A stretch of DNA of 8,389 nucleotides from a virus, in the UHGV virus genome UHGV-1378212; one strand, given 5' to 3'. The notes beneath the pieces are model-generated. The model did no database searches. It worked only from the letters and a program-made list of their open reading frames with translations, and was not told where the DNA came from. The translations under genes were made by a program, and so were the position numbers. This document shows positions 1 to 5,376 of this stretch, piece by piece (the stretch's first letter is position 1; each line of letters opens with the position of its first letter).

Positions 1-55
1 GGACGGATTACCATCAATGTACAAATGTGTCGCTTTACCTTCGCCATTAGATCCT
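1..55. repeat. Terminal direct repeat, copy 1 (identical to 8288-8342): assembly overlap of a circular genome
   Basis: 55-nt string ggacggattaccatcaatgtacaaatgtgtcgctttaccttcgccattagatcct occurs at 1-55 and again at 8288-8342; sequence diverges only where adapter begins. Confidence 0.9.
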
Positions 56-213
56 ATCGATCGTACTTTCATCGTTGCTTCATGCGAGCCGCGAACAGTC
101 AGTCGCTTAACGGTTTCCCACTCAATTGCACCGTCAGCATCAACGCTGACAACACTCCCCGCCGGAAGCGGTTTGTGTGTGCAAGGGAAAATCCCGGTAA
201 GCCAATCGATCAC
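1..213 (-). CDS. II: Replication initiation (nicking) protein gene II, N-terminal segment; joins 7448-8342 across the circular junction (about 350 aa total). Likely GTG start at 211-213
   Basis: Hand translation of minus strand from 213 downward gives (M)IDWLTGIFPCTHKPLPAGSVVSVDADGAIEWETVKRLTVRGSHEATMKVRSIGSNGEGKATHLYIDGN..., continuous with the 287-aa ORF at 7448-8311; starts MID like recalled M13 pII; SD-like GAGGA 7 nt upstream of GTG; in-frame stop at 262-264 bounds the ORF; alternative GTG at 253-255 lacks an SD. Confidence 0.75.
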   Translation of the reverse strand, partial: MIDWLTGIFPCTHKPLPAGSVVSVDADGAIEWETVKRLTVRGSHEATMKVRSIGSNGEGKATHLYIDGNPS

Positions 214-382
214 GAATAAATCCTCAAAATTGCAAAAATGACGACTTACTAACACATGAGTTCAGTAGTTCATTAGTGTTTTAACATTACATCAGTGAGC
301 TAGTGAGTTCAAGAGGCTTGGATGATATGAGTTCATGAGCATGTATACTCACTTCAAATATTGCATTGAACGAGCGTAAAAA
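214..382. promoter_or_regulatory. Divergent control region between gene II (minus) and the plus-strand cassette; contains iterated ATGAGTTCA/GTGAGTTCA motifs; candidate operator and/or plus-strand origin
   Basis: TGAGTTCA at 257-264, 304-311, 328-335 (9-mer ATGAGTTCA exact at 256-264 and 327-335); tandem AGTGAG at 294-299 and 302-307; TATACT -10-like hexamer at 344-349; divergent gene starts at 213 (minus) and 383 (plus). Confidence 0.45.
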
Positions 383-565
383 ATGGCAAAGCGCACGACT
401 TATAACGTGACGGAAGAAAGAAAAATGAAACTAGAACGACTGGCTATAAATGCCAGTGTAAAACTAGGAAAAACAATTACATGGACAGAGATTTTAGGTT
501 ATCTGATTGATAACTACTCTAAAGATGCAGCAGAAGATCTCATGTCTGCCAAACAAAAGGATTAA
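383..565 (+). CDS. Small DNA-binding protein, ribbon-helix-helix (CopG/Arc-like) candidate; possible repressor
   Basis: 60-aa ORF MAKRTTYNVTEERKMKLERLAINASVKLGKTITWTEILGYLIDNY...; N-terminal basic beta-strand (KRTTYNV) followed by two predicted helices with G-x-T at helix-2 start fits RHH pattern; no clear SD (possible leaderless or weak RBS); first gene of a terminated plus-strand operon. Confidence 0.45.
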   Translation: MAKRTTYNVTEERKMKLERLAINASVKLGKTITWTEILGYLIDNYSKDAAEDLMSAKQKD

Positions 566-610
566 GTACCACGAATGGTACAAACGTGCAGTATTACCAA
601 CACTGCACGT
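566..610 (+). promoter_or_regulatory. Two adjacent perfect stem-loops immediately after the RHH gene stop
   Basis: Hairpin 1: GTACCA-cgaa-TGGTAC at 566-581; hairpin 2: ACGTGCAGT-attaccaac-ACTGCACGT at 584-610, followed by T-rich tctagtttgt. Confidence 0.5.
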
Positions 611-680
611 TCTAGTTTGTGCAAAACTTAAACAAAAAGTAAGTCATCGAGATAAACAAAACGAGTCAAAGTATATACTG

Positions 681-821
681 ATGAATACGCCAAAAAAAAG
701 TGAACAAAAACAGAATGATAAGCAACAAGGCTTTGCCCAAGATGGTTTGGACACATCTAAAGCAAAAAGGCTTTTAGAAAAAGCTCAACAATCCACTACT
801 AAACCAACACAAGGAAAGTAA
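681..821 (+). CDS. Hypothetical small hydrophilic protein (46 aa), Lys/Gln-rich; C-terminal motif shared with the next ORF
   Basis: ATG at 681 is the first plausible start after the RHH stop within the 507-821 ORF; stop TAA 819-821 sits 1 nt before the next ATG (823); C-terminal GLDTSKAKRLLEKAQQS resembles GLNTSKASSLLAKIQSQS of the next ORF; no SD seen. Confidence 0.35.
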   Translation: MNTPKKSEQKQNDKQQGFAQDGLDTSKAKRLLEKAQQSTTKPTQGK

Positions 822-822
822 T

Positions 823-1098
823 ATGTTATCTTTTCAGGTTTTCCTTTTTAAAAAAGCATTAGAGGAAGAATTAGATATAATCAAATGGCATCCAACAAAT
901 GAACAATTGGAGGAGATGTTCAATGAGATAAAAAAACTCAGTGGCAATGAAAGCATCACTGAAGTTGAAAATATCGTTCATCGAATTTACAAAAAACCGA
1001 TTACAAGAATGATTTGTAATGGATTGAATACATCGAAAGCAAGTTCGCTATTGGCAAAAATTCAATCCCAGTCAAATAACACTCAACAAAAAAGATAG
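823..1098 (+). CDS. Hypothetical protein (91 aa)
   Basis: ORF MLSFQVFLFKKALEEELDIIKWHPTNEQLEEMFNEIKK...; SD-like AGGAAAG 6 nt upstream of ATG; stop TAG 1096-1098 overlaps the next start (GTG 1098); C-terminal motif paralogous to previous ORF. Confidence 0.55.
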   Translation: MLSFQVFLFKKALEEELDIIKWHPTNEQLEEMFNEIKKLSGNESITEVENIVHRIYKKPITRMICNGLNTSKASSLLAKIQSQSNNTQQKR

Positions 1099-1802
1099 TG
1101 AAATCAGATATGGATGTTCACGGTATCATTGATAATCAAAAAAAAGAAATTGAGCGTTTATATGAAAAATATACTGAGTCATTAGAGTGTTACCTATCTG
1201 GTAAATGTGATTTTGATACCGTGAATTCATGTGGAGACAGTTTTTTCGGCTATTTAGAACACTGCGCTGCACATAACAGAACAGTAGATGAATTAAATAA
1301 TACTCAATGGAATCAATGGCTTGCAGAAACATGCATTGATGTTCTTCACCTTATCTTAGCTCATTACAAAAAATATAGAGAGGTAATGAATGATAATAGT
1401 ATTAAACCAAGCTCCACTGCTTTTGCTTCAATGCAAAGGATAGTAAAAGCCCATGACAAACGTTCTGCAAAAGAAATAAGGAATCTTTTCGTTAATGAAG
1501 ATATGCCAGTATATGGATTTGACAATAAAGGAAAAGAAAAATTGACAAAAGCACACGAGAGAATAGCGGCATTTAGCTTTGGCATTTTACTTGTTATTCT
1601 TTTTATAATAATCGCAATATTTATACCTAATCCAACGAACTTTCAATACACTTTCTTTCGAATAATTCTTTCAGCAGCAGTTGCTGGGGTAGTCTCATTT
1701 ATACCCGGGTTTATAGAAGTCAAAATATCAAACTGGGTAAGAGCAGGTGGAGCATTAGCTGTATTTGTGATTGTCTATTACGTGGCTCCCGCAGCATTAT
1801 GA
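1098..1802 (+). CDS. Hypothetical membrane protein: Cys-rich soluble N-terminal domain (~165 aa) plus three predicted C-terminal transmembrane helices; candidate effector/exclusion protein
   Basis: 234-aa ORF (GTG 1098, alternative ATG 1110); hydrophobic stretches AAFSFGILLVILFIIIAIFIP, FFRIILSAAVAGVVSFIPGFI, AGGALAVFVIVYYVAPAAL at the C-terminus; five Cys in the N-terminal domain; followed by an intrinsic terminator. Confidence 0.6.
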   Translation: MKSDMDVHGIIDNQKKEIERLYEKYTESLECYLSGKCDFDTVNSCGDSFFGYLEHCAAHNRTVDELNNTQWNQWLAETCIDVLHLILAHYKKYREVMNDNSIKPSSTAFASMQRIVKAHDKRSAKEIRNLFVNEDMPVYGFDNKGKEKLTKAHERIAAFSFGILLVILFIIIAIFIPNPTNFQYTFFRIILSAAVAGVVSFIPGFIEVKISNWVRAGGALAVFVIVYYVAPAAL

Positions 1803-1832
1803 ATTGGTTCGCACAATGACGTTATGCTAAAG

Positions 1833-1870
1833 AGGCCGCTGCGGGATTCTATTTTCGCAGCGGCCTTTTC
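1833..1870 (+). terminator. Rho-independent terminator of the plus-strand cassette (possibly bidirectional, between convergent genes)
   Basis: Perfect 11-bp stem AGGCCGCTGCG (1833-1843) / CGCAGCGGCCT (1856-1866), 12-nt loop, followed by TTTT (1867-1870); lies between orf234 stop (1802) and the convergent minus-strand orf77 stop (1938). Confidence 0.75.
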
Positions 1871-1937
1871 AACATAACGAGTCGTACATTATGCGCACCA
1901 ATGGTAAGGATGGTGGGAACTGGCGTTACCGGTGCCG

Positions 1938-2171
1938 TCATTGGTCACAGACCGTAATCCACTGGCCCAGGACGTCTTTCAGGCAATGTTGGCATAAATC
2001 CAGTTTTAAGCGATTACTGTCACCAAAAATTGAACCGTATCCAGCTAAGTGATTAACAGACAGAAACTCATTGAACTCAATGTCATCTACCACCGTCTTC
2101 GCATGGCGACCACAGCGATCGCAGGTCTTCGCACATAACATTACAGTATCGCTGGATGTGAAAAATTGCAT
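1938..2171 (-). CDS. Hypothetical zinc-ribbon protein (77 aa) with two CxxC pairs
   Basis: ORF MQFFTSSDTVMLCAKTCDRCGRHAKTVVDDIEFNEFLSVNHLAGYGSIFGDSNRLKLDLCQHCLKDVLGQWITVCDQ; CDRC and CQHC separated by ~41 residues; strong SD GAGGAG 5 nt upstream of ATG (minus strand). Confidence 0.65.
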   Translation of the reverse strand: MQFFTSSDTVMLCAKTCDRCGRHAKTVVDDIEFNEFLSVNHLAGYGSIFGDSNRLKLDLCQHCLKDVLGQWITVCDQ

Positions 2172-2244
2172 TTTATCTCCTCGTAATGCTGCCGCGCCGA
2201 ATCAGCAATAACGCTAAAAAAACAGAATTGTTCGGCTTGGCCAA

Positions 2245-2285
2245 CCCCGGACACTAACAAAAGCAAGTTTTGTCACTGTCCGGGG
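2245..2285 (-). other. Stem-loop between orf102 and orf77 (possible terminator/attenuator or single-strand origin hairpin)
   Basis: CCCCGGACA (2245-2253) pairs with TGTCCGGGG (2277-2285); inner ACAAAA/TTTTGT pairing in the loop; a run of seven T on the phage strand lies ~30 nt downstream. Confidence 0.45.
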
Positions 2286-2288
2286 TTA

Positions 2289-2597
2289 TCATATAAACCA
2301 ATAGACCGTCCTTACGCCATTCTGGTTATCAATAACATAGCCGCATTGTTTCCTTAAAAATTCTTCTGCTAAATCAATGGCTTTTAAAGAAATCTCATAA
2401 GAAGGAAGTAAAGTGTATCCTTTCCCTTCACTGGCAGCTGCTTTGATCGCATCCAGAGTATTATCAATCAGTAACAGAGCAAGTGATGCTTCATTTACCT
2501 GAGCCGAAGAACTTCTGGCTGCAAGTGTCATTGTTTTTGCTTCTTCCGCTGTAATCGTTCGTTCTGCCAGAGCAGATAAAATCCCATAAGAATCCAT
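2289..2597 (-). CDS. Hypothetical protein (102 aa), phage-sense cargo gene
   Basis: ORF MDSYGILSALAERTITAEEAKTMTLAARSSSAQVNEASLALLLIDNTLDAIKAAASEGKGYTLLPSYEISLKAIDLAEEFLRKQCGYVIDNQNGVRTVYWFI; SD-like GGGGT 6 nt upstream of ATG; no family recognised. Confidence 0.55.
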   Translation of the reverse strand: MDSYGILSALAERTITAEEAKTMTLAARSSSAQVNEASLALLLIDNTLDAIKAAASEGKGYTLLPSYEISLKAIDLAEEFLRKQCGYVIDNQNGVRTVYWFI

Positions 2598-2617
2598 TAG
2601 TTACCCCAATCAATAAT

Positions 2618-2677
2618 GTCCATTTGATGGATAGCGAGCAGGGCTCACGCACCTACCCGCTATCCATCAAAGTGGAC
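2618..2677 (-). terminator. Long imperfect hairpin at the 3' end of gene IV: candidate gene IV terminator and/or packaging-signal hairpin
   Basis: GTCCATTTGATGGATAGCG (2618-2636) pairs with CGCTATCCATCAAAGTGGAC (2658-2677) with one bulged base, ~21-nt loop; overlaps the gene IV stop (2667-2669); in Ff phages the packaging signal is a long hairpin directly after gene IV. Confidence 0.5.
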
Positions 2678-3932
2678 GAATGATATGTGCTGTAAGCAAA
2701 ATATACATAATACGCTGTTCATTGCTGTCTGCCTTGCTACTGAAAATCCAGCCTATAAGAGGAATTTTACTTATAACTGGAACTGAACGCTCAGCATTGC
2801 TAAACGATGAATCGATAAGCCCCCCCAATAACAACGTCTGACCATCCTTAATCTGGACTGTCGTCTGAATCTGGCGCTGATTAGTAATAATATCGGATGC
2901 CTGATCATCATTGCTGATTGAATCAGCGCGAGTGTCGATAGTCAGAACTAGTTGCCCGTTACCCATGACAACAGGCGTTACCTTGAGAGAAACGCCAACA
3001 TCATGACGCTCGATAGTCTGAAACGGATTATTTACCCCGGCAGATTCGCCCGTTACCTTTCCGGTGATAAACGGCACATTCTTACCTACGGAAATGTAAC
3101 CAGTCTGACCAGACTGAGTAAGAATACGCGGCGTTGAAATCACCTTAGAGCGTGAATTACTCTGGACAGCACGCAGAGACAGCGCCAACACGTTACCATC
3201 AAAAATACCAAAAGAACCGCCCGCCGTAGAAAGAGCGCTACCCAGTGCAGAAGTATTAAAGCCCCCCGCAACCTTATGACCGGATGCAGAACCTGCCGCA
3301 AACGATAAATCAACGCCATCAGACAAGCTGGTTTCAAACATCAGCGACTGAATGAGAACCTGATCGCGGGCAACATCCACAGAATTGATAAAATCGGACA
3401 GAACCGGCAGCAGCTCGTCAGGCGCAGAAACAATCAGCGAGTTATTGCCTGGATAATCCACGACATTACCACCACCATTAGAATCAAGATAAATTTTAAT
3501 CAGTTGCTGAACATCGGACGATCTAACTTTTGTCAGCTTAAAATTTCTGACCGTAAGCGCCACAGGTACTGGCTGGTAAGATGGCTCAGAAGGAAAAGTA
3601 TCATAAGACTGGTTATCAGAATCATCGGAATCCGAAACCATCTGTGAAGGTAATTTAGACGGCAAAGAGACTACCGCAGGATTGCCAGAAAGCATGACAA
3701 AACCGTTAGCATTCAGAACAGACTTAAAGAAATCATCAATATTTGTTGGATTAACATCAGCATTAAATACGGTTACGTTTCCTTTAATATCAGGATTAAC
3801 AATAACAGGCTTGCCAGTTTTTGAAGAATACCACTGAACAAATGAGCGAACAGATGAATTGTTTAAATTAACAGTTTCAGCAGAAACGCAGAATGAACAG
3901 GCAAATAAAAAAGCAACAATAACAGAGCGCAT
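2667..3932 (-). CDS. IV: Gene IV secretin (phage export channel, pIV)
   Basis: From internal ATG at 3930-3932: MRSVIVAFLFACSFCVSAETVNLNNSSVRSFVQWYSSKTGKPVIVNPDIKGNVTVF... resembles recalled M13 pIV N-terminus (signal peptide then VIEMNNSPLRDFVTWYSKQSGESVIVSPDVKGTVTVY); AGGAG upstream; the 452-aa track ORF is an upstream in-frame extension that overlaps gene I. Confidence 0.9.
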   Translation of the reverse strand: MRSVIVAFLFACSFCVSAETVNLNNSSVRSFVQWYSSKTGKPVIVNPDIKGNVTVFNADVNPTNIDDFFKSVLNANGFVMLSGNPAVVSLPSKLPSQMVSDSDDSDNQSYDTFPSEPSYQPVPVALTVRNFKLTKVRSSDVQQLIKIYLDSNGGGNVVDYPGNNSLIVSAPDELLPVLSDFINSVDVARDQVLIQSLMFETSLSDGVDLSFAAGSASGHKVAGGFNTSALGSALSTAGGSFGIFDGNVLALSLRAVQSNSRSKVISTPRILTQSGQTGYISVGKNVPFITGKVTGESAGVNNPFQTIERHDVGVSLKVTPVVMGNGQLVLTIDTRADSISNDDQASDIITNQRQIQTTVQIKDGQTLLLGGLIDSSFSNAERSVPVISKIPLIGWIFSSKADSNEQRIMYILLTAHIIRPL

Positions 3933-3939
3933 AATAATA

Positions 3940-4314
3940 TTACTCCTGACAGATAACAGTCTGTAAATAACGGCCTTTTCTAATAACAACACGACAGGCA
4001 TCTTTAATATCAACGGAATAACCATCTTTAATCAAATCAAAATACTGATATTTCGTACCTTTTGCATCAACAAACGTAACGGAAACGTCAAAGCCAAGTT
4101 GTGAAAAAGAATTAATAGAAAGTCGGGGTAAGTCACTGGACGAATCAGGCGTTACCGCCCTCGCCTGTTCAGCATAAGCAGATTTAATAGCGGAGATTTC
4201 ATCAACATTCTTTCCAGACTGGAGCCAGAAACCAAGCGCAAGCCCCAGCGCCAAAAAAGAAAGCATTAATATAAGACGGTTCGATTTGCGAAAATAAATT
4301 TTCGTGAGGCGCAT
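3940..4314 (-). CDS. XI: Gene XI (pXI), in-frame internal start within gene I
   Basis: Internal Met at residue 241 of pI (ATG at 4312-4314, minus strand) begins MRLTKIYFRKSNRLILMLSF..., matching the position and sequence of M13 pXI start (MKLTKIYLKKFSRV...) including the membrane-spanning segment. Confidence 0.6.
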   Translation of the reverse strand: MRLTKIYFRKSNRLILMLSFLALGLALGFWLQSGKNVDEISAIKSAYAEQARAVTPDSSSDLPRLSINSFSQLGFDVSVTFVDAKGTKYQYFDLIKDGYSVDIKDACRVVIRKGRYLQTVICQE

Positions 4315-5034
4315 ATAATAATTAAATCCTCTGTGAACAGAAAATTGACCGTGCGTGATAAATGGTGGCAAAAGCGAATAAGCACCATGCGGATAGTTAT
4401 CAGTAAAAACCTGTTTTGTATTGTAGGCGGAATATAATGATTTTCCGGTGTATATCCATTTATCAACAGTAATTGAATTAACGTTATCACCATATTTGAC
4501 AATGCCAAAGTGTACCTTTGGTAAAGAAAATCGCGCCCCTGAAACCAAATTCATAATGGAGCCAACAAAAGGAATGTTTAATTTATCTGAACGGCGACAA
4601 TAAACAACATGCTCAGCAAGCGCCAGACGAGCTTGCTTATCCATTATCGAAATATCCTGAATCAAAAATATAATATCCCAGCCTAATTTTCTGGCATGTA
4701 AAAACCAGTCAATAACAGGTTGTCTGTCTTTATCACCCCATGAGCGGGAATTAAACCAAGTACCACATTCATCAAGTACAAGGAGGCCATTACGGGATTC
4801 ATCGTAAGATGTATTCCCAATACCAATAGCAAGTAAATCATTTAATGAAGGCTTGTCAGGAATGCGAATAACGCGCGTTTTTTTCGCATAACGCCCAACC
4901 ATAGGCATATTATGCAATTTAAGATCAAGATTAGTGGCAACAGGACAACCCTTAGCAAGTCTTTCCTGTATTCTGGAAACACTAACAAGTGTCTTGCCTG
5001 AGCCTAATTTGCCTGTTACTACATGAACCGCCAT
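3940..5034 (-). CDS. I: Gene I assembly ATPase (pI, Zot-like), Walker A GKLGSGKT
   Basis: 364-aa ORF MAVHVVTGKLGSGKTLVSVSRIQERLAKGCPVATNLDLKL... very similar to recalled M13 pI (MAVYFVTGKLGSGKTLVSVGKIQDKIVAGCKIATNLDLRL...); start abuts gene VI stop (TAAATG). Confidence 0.95.
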   Translation of the reverse strand: MAVHVVTGKLGSGKTLVSVSRIQERLAKGCPVATNLDLKLHNMPMVGRYAKKTRVIRIPDKPSLNDLLAIGIGNTSYDESRNGLLVLDECGTWFNSRSWGDKDRQPVIDWFLHARKLGWDIIFLIQDISIMDKQARLALAEHVVYCRRSDKLNIPFVGSIMNLVSGARFSLPKVHFGIVKYGDNVNSITVDKWIYTGKSLYSAYNTKQVFTDNYPHGAYSLLPPFITHGQFSVHRGFNYYMRLTKIYFRKSNRLILMLSFLALGLALGFWLQSGKNVDEISAIKSAYAEQARAVTPDSSSDLPRLSINSFSQLGFDVSVTFVDAKGTKYQYFDLIKDGYSVDIKDACRVVIRKGRYLQTVICQE

Positions 5035-5376
5035 TTAAATCACCCTGTTTGCATAATCAAGAAATTTTTGTTTTAAATCGAAAACAAAAACACTGATACG
5101 AGTAACCATAATAACGTTAACACACGCCTGAAAATGGTCAGGCAATACAGACGCCATTAAATGGGAGAAATCAGCAGGTAAACCGTTATACATGACCTCA
5201 GCAAGGTACTGCATTAAAAGCGTAACAGTTGTTGTAATTAATGCGACCAATGCAAAGGCGATTAATCCTGTTCTGGTAGCAAGTCGAGCTAAAAAACTCG
5301 CCACATAGCCAATAAACAAAGGAACAAGACCAATAAGAAAACGCAACAATGCAGGAATACCTAATAATAAAGGCAT
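5035..5376 (-). CDS. VI: Gene VI minor coat protein (pVI)
   Basis: [32 protein letters not shown]...FVFDLKQKFLDYANRVI resembles recalled M13 pVI (MPVLLGIPLLLRFLGF...FIFDVKQKIVSYLDWDK); ATG at 5374-5376 overlaps gene III stop by 1 nt (track ORF starts one codon earlier at GTG 5379). Confidence 0.9.
   Translation of the reverse strand: MPLLLGIPALLRFLIGLVPLFIGYVASFLARLATRTGLIAFALVALITTTVTLLMQYLAEVMYNGLPADFSHLMASVLPDHFQACVNVIMVTRISVFVFDLKQKFLDYANRVI

Noticed and set aside
17-241. Plus-strand ORFs 17-241 (74 aa) and 25-219 (64 aa)
   Set aside because: They lie antisense to the gene II N-terminal coding segment, whose translation aligns with Ff pII; no RBS or recognisable features; judged spurious.
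507-821. 104-aa ORF as a single gene starting at 507 or 525
   Set aside because: Its N-terminal part overlaps the better-supported RHH ORF in another frame and would be translated through the two stem-loops; the internal ATG at 681 is more plausible, though even that call is low-confidence.
1126-1585. Minus-strand ORFs 1126-1332 and 1364-1585
   Set aside because: Antisense to the 234-aa plus-strand ORF, which is longer, has coherent TM helices and is followed by a terminator; no RBS evidence for the minus-strand ORFs.
2952-3337. Short ORFs inside gene IV (2952-3137 plus strand, 3140-3337 minus strand)
   Set aside because: Embedded within a strongly supported gene in alternative frames or on the antisense strand; no independent support.
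2667-4025. 452-aa form of gene IV starting at 4025
   Set aside because: The first 31 residues overlap the end of gene I and precede the signal peptide; the internal ATG at 3930-3932 with upstream AGGAG gives a pIV matching Ff pIV length and N-terminus.
4266-4508. 80-aa minus-strand ORF inside gene I
   Set aside because: Alternative frame within gene I; no independent support.
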